From Pseudomonadota bacterium (lineage in GTDB: Bacteria; Bdellovibrionota_F; JAHFAK01; JBDREC01): a DNA stretch of 64,000 nucleotides. Position numbers and translations under genes: made by a program. Positions 19,332 to 29,456 of the stretch are shown piece by piece. The stretch lies in contig JBDREC010000004.1 in assembly GCA_043820105.1 (NCBI GenBank), forward strand, positions 69,682 through 133,681, written 5' to 3'. Each line of letters begins with the position of its first letter. Position 1 is the first letter of the stretch. Under the pieces are notes generated by a model. It made no database searches. It saw only the letters and a list, made by a program, of their open reading frames with translations, and had not been told where the DNA came from.

Positions 19332-20561
19332 ATGGATCATAAGTTAAAAATAAAGCTAATATCAAAATTTATTAATAAGCTAAATCATGATGGCTTTTCT
19401 GATGAATACTTAGAAAGCAAAGCAAAAAATGATTTTATTAAATTTATTAAAGAAGAATTTCCAGAAGTTGATATTGATTCTAATCAAAATGATATAAAAA
19501 GAATTTTTAAAGATATTACTTCCTGGGGTCCAATTTCTAAGTTTTTAAACGATGAAAATGTAACTGAAATTATGATTAACGGACCTGATATAATTTATGT
19601 TGAAAAAGCAGGAAAGCTTCAAAAGACTGATGCTAAATTTCTATGCACTGAGACTTTAGACTTTCTTATTGAAAGAATTTTATTACCCCTTGGAAAAAGA
19701 GTTAATGAGGATGTGGCCTTTGCAGATGCTAGATTAAAAGATGGCTCTCGTGTAAATATTATTATTCCTCCCCTTGCTGTAAAAGGACCTAATGTGACAA
19801 TTCGAAAATTTTCATCTTTACCTACAAATGAAGATTTTTTTCTGGAATCAAAAACTCTTTCTATGGAGGCAATAGAGTTTTTAAAAATATGTGTTGCTCA
19901 AAAACAAAATATTGTTATTTCTGGAGGGACTGGTTCTGGAAAAACAACTCTTTTGAATTTTTTATCTTCTTTTATTCCAGATGATGATAGGATTGTTACT
20001 GTAGAAGATACAGCTGAATTAAAGCTTGCTCAAAGTCATGTTGTGCCACTTGAGGGCAGGGCTGCTAATCCACATGGTAAAAGTGAAGTTTCAATTAGAG
20101 ATCTTGTTATAAACTCTTTAAGAATGCGACCTGACAGGATTGTTGTTGGTGAGTGTCGTGGAAAAGAAGCAATTGATATGCTTCAAGCAATGAATACAGG
20201 TCATGATGGGTCTTTAACAACAATTCATGCAAACTCAATTAGAGATACTTTCTCAAGGATTGAAACAATGGTGCTTACCGCTGGAATAGATATTCCAATT
20301 TTATCAATAAGAAAACAAATCGCCAGCGCAATAAATGTGCTTATTCAAATCTCAAGAATGGCTGATGGCTCTAGGAGGGTTACCAGAATATCTGAGATTA
20401 CTGGGATGGAAAATGAGGTGGTCTTAACTTCTGATATCTTTAATTTAGAAAAAGATAAAAAGGGTAAACAAAGCTTGATATCAACTGGTTTAGTTCCAGT
20501 CTTTTATGATAACATGAGAAGAAAAGGCATAGATCTTAATTTAGCAATTTTTGAAAATTAA
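19332..20561 (+). CDS. cpaF: CpaF/TadA-family pilus assembly ATPase
   Basis: EIMING, DARLKDGSRVN, GGTGSGKTT, EDTAEL, LRMRPDRIVVGE and MNTGHDGS motifs. Confidence 0.93.
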   Translation: MDHKLKIKLISKFINKLNHDGFSDEYLESKAKNDFIKFIKEEFPEVDIDSNQNDIKRIFKDITSWGPISKFLNDENVTEIMINGPDIIYVEKAGKLQKTDAKFLCTETLDFLIERILLPLGKRVNEDVAFADARLKDGSRVNIIIPPLAVKGPNVTIRKFSSLPTNEDFFLESKTLSMEAIEFLKICVAQKQNIVISGGTGSGKTTLLNFLSSFIPDDDRIVTVEDTAELKLAQSHVVPLEGRAANPHGKSEVSIRDLVINSLRMRPDRIVVGECRGKEAIDMLQAMNTGHDGSLTTIHANSIRDTFSRIETMVLTAGIDIPILSIRKQIASAINVLIQISRMADGSRRVTRISEITGMENEVVLTSDIFNLEKDKKGKQSLISTGLVPVFYDNMRRKGIDLNLAIFEN

Positions 20562-20589
20562 ATTGTTGAAAAATTAAATTATTGTGAAT

Positions 20590-21390
20590 CTAATTCCATT
20601 CCAGGGGAGTGCATTGAATTTCCATACCAGTAATTTCTGCTTGAGACCCTGAAATATTCAAATCATAATTTAATCGCATACCTGTCATAACATGATAACT
20701 TGGACAAGACAGAAAGGCATAATAACCATCAATTAAAAATGTGCTTTCATCATTTCCATCGATAATATTTCCTGTATACCCCCATCTTTCATTTTGACCT
20801 GTTTCTAAGATGGCATTTGCATTTGCGTAAAAAAGTTCAAAGTCAGCTGCTTTGCTATATTCAATATTCACAAATACTCCATAGGGCAAATAGCTGTTGT
20901 CTATCGTTCCTACATATTGAGATCCATTGCCTGAATTTGTATCAAAAAAATGATCTGATAAAGTGTAATCATTTGGATCAATCATTCCAGCCGAAGTCAT
21001 TGATCTACAGGATATTCTGGCTTTTTCAAAATCTCTATCATTAATTTCAAATATTTTGAAACTATATACTAGTGAATTTTCACCATGAATATTTTCACAC
21101 TTTGCCCAAGAGCTCCATTGGCCACTTCTTCCCCATTGTAAATATTCTTCAATTGCACGGTCATTTTCTAAAGAATAACCTTCATGACCATATCTTTCAG
21201 ACATGCTGATGTAGTCTTCAGCCCTAACGGGTGAACTTGTATTACTTTCAGCATTAACTGGAGCAATAAATGCAGAATGGCTTATATTGAACTTTAATGT
21301 ATCATTTAACTCCTCTTCTATGGCGACACTTCCGCAGTTAAATAATAATGTTAATAATAGCCCAGGCATAAATAATTTTACTAAACTCAT
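20590..21390 (-). CDS. Lipoprotein, possibly beta-prism (VMO-I/jacalin-like)
   Basis: Lipobox-like LLFNC; GQWSSWAKC and CPSYHVMTGMRL...ITGMEIQC repeats. Confidence 0.6.
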   Translation of the reverse strand: MSLVKLFMPGLLLTLLFNCGSVAIEEELNDTLKFNISHSAFIAPVNAESNTSSPVRAEDYISMSERYGHEGYSLENDRAIEEYLQWGRSGQWSSWAKCENIHGENSLVYSFKIFEINDRDFEKARISCRSMTSAGMIDPNDYTLSDHFFDTNSGNGSQYVGTIDNSYLPYGVFVNIEYSKAADFELFYANANAILETGQNERWGYTGNIIDGNDESTFLIDGYYAFLSCPSYHVMTGMRLNYDLNISGSQAEITGMEIQCTPLEWN

Positions 21391-21430
21391 GTTAAATCCT
21401 TGTGTATGATTATACTAAGCAAGTGAAAAC

Positions 21431-21447
21431 ATGCAAATGATGCACCG
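21431..21447 (-). promoter_or_regulatory. Sigma-54-type promoter (variant -24 box)
   Basis: Minus strand CGGTGCATCATTTGCAT (GG-N10-GC), about 40 bp upstream of the ATG. Confidence 0.45.
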
Positions 21448-21607
21448 CAGCCCACCGGTTGAAAAAAAGCTATGTTATTAATGGGTTAATGTTGGCGGAA
21501 GTTTAATTATAAATATAAAGTGTTGATTTTGTCCTCATTGTTTTCTGTCTTTTGGGGACACTTCGGGGCCCTTGGTTAAAATCCTTATTATTTTTATTAA
21601 TGTAATC

Positions 21608-21636
21608 TTGACAAATGAGTGAGCGCTCACTATGTT
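21608..21636 (+). promoter_or_regulatory. Sigma-70 promoter with overlapping TetR-type operator
   Basis: TTGACA-N17-TATGTT; perfect palindrome AGTGAGCGCTCACT at 21618-21631. Confidence 0.8.
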
Positions 21637-21645
21637 TCGGGTCTT

Positions 21646-22278
21646 ATGAAAAAAAATATAAAAATGAATGCAGAAGATAGAATAAGTTCTATATTAGATG
21701 CTGTTGATTCTCTGTTACTTATTCATTCACCCAGGAATATTACCACTAAGCTTATTGCTAAAGAGGCTGGGGTAGCTGAAGGGTTGCTTTATCGCTATTT
21801 TGAGTCAAAGTGGCAAATGTTTTTTGATACAATTGAAAGGCATGTTGATTCTAGGATTTGTCTTTTGCCAAAAATTGATACTATTAATACCTTTGAAAAG
21901 TTTCAAGCATTGGTAGAAAAAATGGGTCAAATGGTATATCAAAATTCAAAACTCAATCCTCAATATTTTGCCTTAATAAGTTATATGATTCTTGAAAGAA
22001 GAAAAGAGTGTCTTTCCATTATGAATAAGCGATCTGAAACAATTATTAAATATTTGTATACATGCTTAGAATTAAACTATAAAAAATGGGGAATTAATAA
22101 AATAGATTTTAAATTAACTTGCACAGTTTTTTGGATGTCTATGGTTCATAATTTGAATCTACTAAATTCAATGGCTCTGATTTATGATAAAATTAAAACC
22201 AAGCAAGGAATTTTGCTAGATGGAGAAAAAGTATTAAAGCATTCCATTGATTTATGGATAAGCTCTTTAAAAAAATAA
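21646..22278 (+). CDS. TetR/AcrR-family regulator
   Basis: HTH ITTKLIAKEAGVAEGLLYRYFESK; start placed at the first ATG after the promoter. Confidence 0.9.
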   Translation: MKKNIKMNAEDRISSILDAVDSLLLIHSPRNITTKLIAKEAGVAEGLLYRYFESKWQMFFDTIERHVDSRICLLPKIDTINTFEKFQALVEKMGQMVYQNSKLNPQYFALISYMILERRKECLSIMNKRSETIIKYLYTCLELNYKKWGINKIDFKLTCTVFWMSMVHNLNLLNSMALIYDKIKTKQGILLDGEKVLKHSIDLWISSLKK

Positions 22279-22297
22279 TTTGTATAAAGGAAGTTTA

Positions 22298-23638
22298 ATG
22301 AACAAAAAAAATATGTTATTTATATTTCTTTTAGTTAGCCTAATAGCTGTTGCTACTGAAGATATTAATAAGACTACAAATTTAGATGATGCAATAATAG
22401 CTACCCTGAAGAATAATCCTGATATTGAGCAGGCAAAACAAAAAGTAAAGCAAGCGAAAGCTTCATATAAAGAAGTTTTAGGCTCCTTATGGCCTTCTTT
22501 GTCAGCCAAAGGCATATATACAAAATACAATAAATCAATTGACCTTGAAATGCCTGACTTTGAGGCACTTTTGTCTGGAGCTACTGATTATGATACTGTA
22601 ACAAGAACCATGCAACCAGGTCATTCTTTTGGAGCCTCGGCTACAGCTACAATGCTTTTGCTGTCAGCCCAGGTTTATCCAGGAATATCAAGTTCAAAGA
22701 TTTCATTAGAGATTTCAAAAATATCAGAGAAATTAACAAAACAAGCAATTGTCTACGTTTGTACAAACATGTTTTTAAGAACCCTTGGAGCAAAAAAACT
22801 ATCAAAAATATCTGAAACAAGTTTAAAAGCAGCAAATGATAATTTAAATGCAGCTAAATTAAGATTTAAAAATGGAGCAATAACTAAAATTGAATTGATT
22901 CGTTCTGAAATATTAGAAGGCCAAGCAAAGTTATCATTAATAAAGGCTAAAGAAGATTTTAATCATGCCTTAAAATCTTTATCAATTCTAATGGGTGAAA
23001 AAGCCAATGAGCCCTTTGATATTGATTATACAAATCCAGTGGTACCAACATTTGAAAACAGTACGATTATCGCTTTTAACAATAGAAGCGATTATAAAAT
23101 TGCACAAGAATCTGTGGTGTTAGCTAAAAAGCTTTATCAGGTCCAGGTGCTTTCATTTTTCCCAACTTTATCTGCTCAGGGCTCATATAATATTCAAGAT
23201 GTAGAAAATTTCAATGGGGATTATAGTTCCTGGCAAGGCATGCTAATTTTAAATTGGGATTTGTTTAATGGTTTTTCAACAAGCGCTAAAGTTTCAAAGG
23301 CAAAGGCATATAAAATTGAACTTGAAAATTCTTTAGAATCTTTAAAAAGAAATATTGAACAAGAAGTTTCTTTAGCTCTATCTCAACTAAAAAAAGCCCA
23401 ATCACAAATTGATATTTCAAAGAAGCAAGTAATGCTCGCTGAACTTAATAAAGATGCAAGTAAGACAGCCTACGAAAAAGGAGCCTTGTCCAACTTGGAT
23501 TTTATTGACGCTTTTGATAAATGGGTTTCAGCCAGCTTTTTGCACACTGCTACAGAAATTGAACTTATGATCGCAAAAAGCAATTTGGAAAAAGCTCTTG
23601 GGACAATTAATGTTCCTGAGATCAGTGGTAAGTGGTAA
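22298..23638 (+). CDS. TolC-family outer-membrane efflux protein
   Basis: Signal peptide, two OEP repeats (NNPD...LWPSLS; FFPTLS...WDLFNG), operon context. Confidence 0.92.
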   Translation: MNKKNMLFIFLLVSLIAVATEDINKTTNLDDAIIATLKNNPDIEQAKQKVKQAKASYKEVLGSLWPSLSAKGIYTKYNKSIDLEMPDFEALLSGATDYDTVTRTMQPGHSFGASATATMLLLSAQVYPGISSSKISLEISKISEKLTKQAIVYVCTNMFLRTLGAKKLSKISETSLKAANDNLNAAKLRFKNGAITKIELIRSEILEGQAKLSLIKAKEDFNHALKSLSILMGEKANEPFDIDYTNPVVPTFENSTIIAFNNRSDYKIAQESVVLAKKLYQVQVLSFFPTLSAQGSYNIQDVENFNGDYSSWQGMLILNWDLFNGFSTSAKVSKAKAYKIELENSLESLKRNIEQEVSLALSQLKKAQSQIDISKKQVMLAELNKDASKTAYEKGALSNLDFIDAFDKWVSASFLHTATEIELMIAKSNLEKALGTINVPEISGKW

Positions 23639-23647
23639 GTGGTAAGT
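23624..23647 (+). repeat. (AGTGGTA) x3.4 array that supplies the TolC C-terminus and stop
   Basis: agtggta agtggta agtggta agt, encoding SGKW*. Confidence 0.9.
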
Positions 23648-23703
23648 AAAAATGTAATTCTGAACATTTTCAGGATTTATTAATAAAAGATAGGAGTTTT
23701 TAA

Positions 23704-24786
23704 ATGAAAATTAAGAAATTAATATGTTTAATTTTAATTTTAATTTCAGTTATTTTTTCTTGTTCAAAAAAAGAAGATGTAAAAAATAAAGATGTTTTAA
23801 AACCTGTTTCAGTAGCAGGAATTGAAAAAAGGACGCTTAATAAATGGATAGAGCTTACAGGAGATGTAAGTGGTGAGCTTGAAGTATTAGTCTATCCTGA
23901 AGTTATGGAAAAAATATTGGATATTAAGGTTAATATTGGAGATAAGGTAAAAAAAGGTGATTTGCTGGCTATTATTAATTCAAATACCTTGGATGAAGGT
24001 TATTTGGCTGCTTCTGCTTCTTTGGAGGCCGCTAAAATAAATAACCGAAATGCCAAATCAGAATACCAAAGAATCAAAGACCTTTATGAAGAAGGCTTAA
24101 CTTCAGAATCTCAATTAACAAATATTAAATCAGCATATGATGCATCAAGCGCTCAAGTTATGCAAGCTAACGCTAGTCTTAATCAAACTAAAATTGCAAA
24201 AGATAAATCATTTATCAAAGCTCCAATTGATGGTTATATTTGGAAACTAAATTATGATAAAGGCAATATGGCGAGTTTTCAAAAACCTCTTTGCTCAATT
24301 ACTACTTTTGATAAAATAAAAGTTATGGCATATCCTTTTGACGACCAGTTTAATGAAATTAAAGTAGGGCAAAAAGTTGAAGTTACGGTTAGCTCAGTTA
24401 AAGACAAAGTATTAAAAGGTATTATAAGCTATGTTTCTCCTGTTATTAATCCAATAAATAGAACATTTGAAATCGAAGCAGGCTTTGATAATAAAGACCT
24501 TGAGTTTAGACCAGGTATGATAGCTAAATTAAAAATTAGAACTCAAACAATAAATGATGCAATGACAATTCCATTTAAAGCAATTGTAGAAAGAAAACAG
24601 AATAATAAAGCCGCTATATTTATACTTAACTCTGATATAGCTCAAAAAAAGGAAGTTACATTGGGTCTAGCTGAAGGAGACTACGTTCAGATTTTAAATG
24701 ATATAAAAGCAAGTGATATGCTAATCGTTTCAGGGCAGCATCTTTTAAGAGATGGTGAAAAAATCAAAATTATAAAAGGAAATTAA
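23704..24786 (+). CDS. RND periplasmic adaptor (MFP) lipoprotein
   Basis: Lipobox IFSC; GDKVKKGDLL, IKAPIDG and RPGM motifs. Confidence 0.93.
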   Translation: MKIKKLICLILILISVIFSCSKKEDVKNKDVLKPVSVAGIEKRTLNKWIELTGDVSGELEVLVYPEVMEKILDIKVNIGDKVKKGDLLAIINSNTLDEGYLAASASLEAAKINNRNAKSEYQRIKDLYEEGLTSESQLTNIKSAYDASSAQVMQANASLNQTKIAKDKSFIKAPIDGYIWKLNYDKGNMASFQKPLCSITTFDKIKVMAYPFDDQFNEIKVGQKVEVTVSSVKDKVLKGIISYVSPVINPINRTFEIEAGFDNKDLEFRPGMIAKLKIRTQTINDAMTIPFKAIVERKQNNKAAIFILNSDIAQKKEVTLGLAEGDYVQILNDIKASDMLIVSGQHLLRDGEKIKIIKGN

Positions 24787-24788
24787 AG

Positions 24789-27700
24789 ATGAATCTTTCT
24801 ACTTTTTCTATAAAAAAATCTGTTACAACATCTATGTTATATTTAATTATTATTGGCTTTGGCATCTTTTCCTTTAGCAGATTAAAGCTTGATCTATATC
24901 CAGATCTATCTTTTCCGGTTGTTGTTGTTTTAACAAATTATACAGGAGCTGGCCCAAAAGATGTTGAGAATCTTGTTACATCCTTTGTTGAGGGAGCTGT
25001 ATCATCAGTTGAAAATGTTGAAGAAGTTAATTCGATTTCTCAATACGGTGGATCAGTTGTGCTTGTAAAGTTTGCCTGGGGTACTGATATGGATAATGCT
25101 GAACGGCAGGTTCAGAAATATTTGGATATGTATGCAAAGCCTTATATGTCAAGTGACGTTGGAGAACCATTGGTTTTTGCTTTTGATCCATCAATGCAGC
25201 CGATCATGTTTTGGACAGTAGAGGGAGACAAGGATGAAGCTGAGCTTAGAAGAATTAGTGAAGATGTGCTTGAGCCAATGTTTGAAAGGGTTGAAGGTAT
25301 AGCTGATGCGTTCACCATGGGGGGTCTTAAAAGACAGATTAATATAAAGTTAAATCCCGAAAGAATGCGAGCTCTAAATATTACTGGATCAGAAATTGTC
25401 AATGCTCTTCGTGCCTCTAATGCATTAATTCCGGGAGGATCAATAGATTCTGCTAAGACAAATTATACCATTATGACTATTGGTGATTTAAAGACAATTG
25501 ATGAGGTAAAAAATGTTTTAATAACGGTTAAAGATAATTTACCTATAACTCTTGATCATGTAGCTTTAGTTGAAGATGGAATAACGGAAAAAGAAGATGC
25601 AACTTGGAACAGTGGAAAAGAATCTATAATGCTTCTGTTAAGGAAAAGATCTGATGCAAACACTGTAATTGCTGCTAATAATATGATGAAGCATTTGGAA
25701 GAAATGAAAAAAAAGAATCTTTTTCCTGAAGGTATTAAGCTTAACTTGTTTTTTAATCAAGCTGACATTGTTAAGCTTTCTATTGGAAATCTGGGAAGTA
25801 CGGCTTGGCAGGCGGTTATTATAACCTTTATTATTCTTTTATTATTTACTGCTAGTCTAAGATCCTCAGTAGCGGTTGCTGTTTCAATTCCTGTTTCAGT
25901 TATTGCAACTTTCGCTGTCATGGATCAAGCCTCAATTACACTAAACATGATTTCTTTGGCAGGACTTGCCCTGGCTCTTGGGATGTTAGTAGATAATTCC
26001 ATTGTTGTTACAGAAAATATTTTTCGTTTCATGAAAACAGAAAAAGATCCTGCTATTGCAGCTGAGAAAGGAAGCCTTGAGGTAAAAAATGCAATTATTG
26101 CATCAACTCTTACTACCATTTCAGTTTTTGCACCAATCCTATTTGTTCCAGGTATAGCTGGTATGATGTTTAAGGATATGTCATTGACTATTTGCTTTTC
26201 ACTCATCGTTTCTTTAATAGTAGCTCTATCTTTGAATCCAATGTTAAATTATTATTTTTTTAAATTTCCAGGTGGAAAGAAAAAACTTAAACTGTTTTCA
26301 TATTTCTCTGATTTTATTGAAACATTATCTGATAAATATGCTGTTTTAATTGAAAAGGCTTTGCATAGGAGAAAGACAGTTTTAATTTCTGCTCTAATGC
26401 TTTTTATAGTTTCTTTAGTTTTCGGCAAATTCTTCTTAGACTTTGATTTTTTAGCACATAGTGATCAAGGTTTTATTCTAATCAATGTTGAAACAAAACC
26501 AGGAATAGTGCTTGAAGATTTTAGTGGTAAAATGAAAGAAGTTGAAAAGATTGTTCAGGAATCTGTGCCAGAAACAGATAAAATTCTAACGACCTTTGGT
26601 ACTTCTGAAGGCTTTCTAACTCTAATTGGACAGTCAGCAAATTCAGGGCTTGTGAGAATTAAACTTCCTCCTATTTCAGAAAGAACAAGAAAACAAGCCG
26701 AGATTGAAAAAAAACTTAGAGAGGATTTAAAAAATATTCCAGGGATTAGTTATAGAATTGGAAGACCAAATATCGGAGGCGGAGAAGGTGATATGGAAAT
26801 TAAAATATTTCACGATGATATAGCTGTTTTAACTGAATTTGGAAATAAATTAACAAATGACATGCGTGGCGTTGAGGGTGTTGGAACATGTAAGTTTTCA
26901 CTTGAACAGGGAAGGCCAGAGTTTAATATTCGCTATGATCGCGAAAAAATGAAAAGCCTTGGAATAATGCCAGCAGCTGTAACACAAGAAATATCAACCT
27001 ACTTCCAAGGATCAAGAGCAGGTCTTTTTCGTGAAAAAGGCAGAGAATATGATATTCTGGTAAGAGCAGACAGACAATATCGAATTGGTGAAAAGCATTT
27101 ATTGAATATGCCGGTAAAATCGAGTCTGGGAAATATTTACCCTTTAAGTGCTGTCGCCAAAGTTGAAGCTCAAAACGCACCTTTAAATATTGAAAGATTC
27201 AATCAGAAAAGAATTGCAACAATTACCTTAAACAAAAAGGAAGACTGGGCTTTAAATCCAGTTCTAACAAATGTGAAAACATTTCTTGATAGTTATGATA
27301 AGCCCAGTGAGGTTCAAATATCTATTGGAGGTGCAGCCGAAGATATGCAAGAATCATTTAAATATTTATTTTTGGCTCTTGTGACAGCTATCCTTCTTGT
27401 TTATATGGTTATGGCTTCTCAGTTTGAATCCCTCTTAGAGCCATTTGTAATAATTTTCTCTATTCCACTTTCTTTAATTGGAGTAGTTATCTTGCTTTTT
27501 ATTACATCAACAACCATTCAAGTCACAGCGCTCATAGGTGTAATAATGCTTGCTGGAATTGTTGTTAACAACGCTATTGTGCTTATTGATTACTTGAAAC
27601 AACTCAGAGGTAAGGGCCATTCATTAATTGAGGCAGCGGTTATCTCTGGAAAGACTCGTCTAAGGCCTGTATTAATGACTGCAGCCACAACTTCTTTAGC

Positions 27701-27911
27701 CATGGTCCCCTTGGCAATTGAACTAAATGAAGGATCAGAAACATGGTCACCAATGGCTAGATCAGTTATTGGTGGTTTAGTTGCTGCTACATTTTTAACC
27801 TTGATAGTTATTCCAGTGCTCTATGTTTCAGTTGTTTTAACAATTGAAAAAATAAAGAAATGGCTAAAAAATAAAATATTTAGAAAAAACCTAAAAACTC
27901 AAAACATATAA
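24789..27911 (+). CDS. RND efflux permease (AcrB/SwrC-like)
   Basis: 1040 aa; GMLVDNSIVV, GIVVNNAIVL and RLRPVLMT motifs. Confidence 0.96.
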   Translation: MNLSTFSIKKSVTTSMLYLIIIGFGIFSFSRLKLDLYPDLSFPVVVVLTNYTGAGPKDVENLVTSFVEGAVSSVENVEEVNSISQYGGSVVLVKFAWGTDMDNAERQVQKYLDMYAKPYMSSDVGEPLVFAFDPSMQPIMFWTVEGDKDEAELRRISEDVLEPMFERVEGIADAFTMGGLKRQINIKLNPERMRALNITGSEIVNALRASNALIPGGSIDSAKTNYTIMTIGDLKTIDEVKNVLITVKDNLPITLDHVALVEDGITEKEDATWNSGKESIMLLLRKRSDANTVIAANNMMKHLEEMKKKNLFPEGIKLNLFFNQADIVKLSIGNLGSTAWQAVIITFIILLLFTASLRSSVAVAVSIPVSVIATFAVMDQASITLNMISLAGLALALGMLVDNSIVVTENIFRFMKTEKDPAIAAEKGSLEVKNAIIASTLTTISVFAPILFVPGIAGMMFKDMSLTICFSLIVSLIVALSLNPMLNYYFFKFPGGKKKLKLFSYFSDFIETLSDKYAVLIEKALHRRKTVLISALMLFIVSLVFGKFFLDFDFLAHSDQGFILINVETKPGIVLEDFSGKMKEVEKIVQESVPETDKILTTFGTSEGFLTLIGQSANSGLVRIKLPPISERTRKQAEIEKKLREDLKNIPGISYRIGRPNIGGGEGDMEIKIFHDDIAVLTEFGNKLTNDMRGVEGVGTCKFSLEQGRPEFNIRYDREKMKSLGIMPAAVTQEISTYFQGSRAGLFREKGREYDILVRADRQYRIGEKHLLNMPVKSSLGNIYPLSAVAKVEAQNAPLNIERFNQKRIATITLNKKEDWALNPVLTNVKTFLDSYDKPSEVQISIGGAAEDMQESFKYLFLALVTAILLVYMVMASQFESLLEPFVIIFSIPLSLIGVVILLFITSTTIQVTALIGVIMLAGIVVNNAIVLIDYLKQLRGKGHSLIEAAVISGKTRLRPVLMTAATTSLAMVPLAIELNEGSETWSPMARSVIGGLVAATFLTLIVIPVLYVSVVLTIEKIKKWLKNKIFRKNLKTQNI

Positions 27912-27912
27912 T

Positions 27913-27946
27913 AAAATTCAAAATTCAAAAAATTCAAAATCAAAAT
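27913..27946 (-). repeat. AATTTTG-family array starting at the aroC stop codon
   Basis: Minus strand TAG attttg attttg aattttttg aattttg aatttt. Confidence 0.8.
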
Positions 27947-29278
27947 CTACTTCTGCACCTTCTTGCTCCAATCTATGATCTTCCCCATCACATTTTCAAC
28001 CTCATAGTAATCAAGCTTTAAGGCCCTGGATATTTTTTTATTTCTTTTTGATATTTCCAGCTCTCTTGTTTGATTGTAGATCTTTAGGCTGTTTTTTTTC
28101 TTTAAAATACCAATTTCTGATGAAAGTTTATTTCTTTCACTTATCAAATAAAGAATATCTGAATCAATTAGGTCTATTTTATTTCTCAAGACACTTATTT
28201 TTTTTAAATCATCAGCTTCTGTATCAAAAAACAGCATTTCCTGAGAAAGCATTTTATCTAAAATGACCAAGGCTAGCATTGCCTCTACAACTGGGACTAT
28301 TCGTGGGCAAATGCAAGGGTCATGTCTGCCTTTGATCTTAAGTTCTTTTTCTTCATTTAAATTATTAATAGTTTTTTGTTTTTTCAAAATAGAGGGAGTT
28401 GGTTTAACTGCAATTCTTATTTCAATATTATTGCCGTTGCTAATGCCACCTAAGATACCACCAGAGTTGTTTGATAAAAAACCTTCCTGATTCATTTGAT
28501 CATTGAATTTTGAGCCATGCATTTTAGCAGCTGAAAAACCTGCTCCTATTTCAACCCCTTTTACTGAACCAATGCTCATAAGTGCCTTGGAAATTTCAGC
28601 GTCAAGTTTTCCAAAAACAGGATCCCCCAAACCTCCTGGGCAATTTTCAATGATTGCTTTGACTATCCCACCACAGGAATCGTCCTGCGATGAAATTTCT
28701 TTAATATAAGTTTCCATTTCTTTTGCTTTATCTTTGTCTGGGCATTTAACTGGATTTTTATCAATTTCTAATAGATCAATTTTCTTTGCTTTAATATTTC
28801 CAACCTGTTCAGTAAAAGCATAAATCTTAATTTTACTTTTTTTTAAGATTTTTTGAGCTATGCTGCCTGCTATAACTCGAGCAGCAGTTTCTCTTCCAGA
28901 AGCTCGACCGCCGCCTCTATGATCATAGATTCCATATTTCATAAAGTAAGTGTAGTCTGCATGTCCTGGCCTAAAAACATTTTTTAAATTATCATAATCC
29001 TGGCTTTTTACATCTTTATTTTTGATTATTGCACAAATTGGTGTGCCTAAACTAAGACCGTTAAAGACGCCTGATAGAATTTCAATTTTATCATCTTCGC
29101 TTCGAGGGCTTGTAATCTTGTTTTGACCTGGTTTTCTTCTGTTTAATTGTTTTTGAATATCTGCTATAGAAATTTCAATTCCAGGTCTTAATCCCAAAAT
29201 CAAAACTCCAACAGCTTTTCCATGAGATTCACCAAAGCTAATTATTTTAACATTATTTCCAAATATATTACCAGACAT
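27947..29278 (-). CDS. aroC: Chorismate synthase fused to a C-terminal AroQ-type chorismate mutase
   Basis: GESHG, RPGHAD, RASGRETA and RHDPC motifs; extra ~90 aa LRNKIDLID..IL.LISERN...IG.LK....IY...RE. Confidence 0.93.
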   Translation of the reverse strand: MSGNIFGNNVKIISFGESHGKAVGVLILGLRPGIEISIADIQKQLNRRKPGQNKITSPRSEDDKIEILSGVFNGLSLGTPICAIIKNKDVKSQDYDNLKNVFRPGHADYTYFMKYGIYDHRGGGRASGRETAARVIAGSIAQKILKKSKIKIYAFTEQVGNIKAKKIDLLEIDKNPVKCPDKDKAKEMETYIKEISSQDDSCGGIVKAIIENCPGGLGDPVFGKLDAEISKALMSIGSVKGVEIGAGFSAAKMHGSKFNDQMNQEGFLSNNSGGILGGISNGNNIEIRIAVKPTPSILKKQKTINNLNEEKELKIKGRHDPCICPRIVPVVEAMLALVILDKMLSQEMLFFDTEADDLKKISVLRNKIDLIDSDILYLISERNKLSSEIGILKKKNSLKIYNQTRELEISKRNKKISRALKLDYYEVENVMGKIIDWSKKVQK

Positions 29279-29352
29279 GCAATATTCCCTTTATTTTTTT
29301 TTGCCTATCTAACAGCAAAGTAATCTTTAGTCTAGCATATTAATTATAAAAA

Positions 29353-29387
29353 ACTTACGACTTACAGCTTATGACTTACCACTTATT
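29353..29387 (+). repeat. ACTTACC-family heptamer array
   Basis: acttacg acttaca gcttatg acttacc acttatt. Confidence 0.88.
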
Positions 29388-29456
29388 TTAAAATTGACAT
29401 ATTGCGAAAAAAATGTATTTTTTTTTAAAATTAAACTTAGATTGGATGAGCTTTTG

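Noticed and set aside
21619..21630. Vector contamination (core of the symmetric lac operator, GTGAGCGCTCAC)
   Set aside because: Lacks the AATT flanks and sits natively in a tetR promoter spacer.
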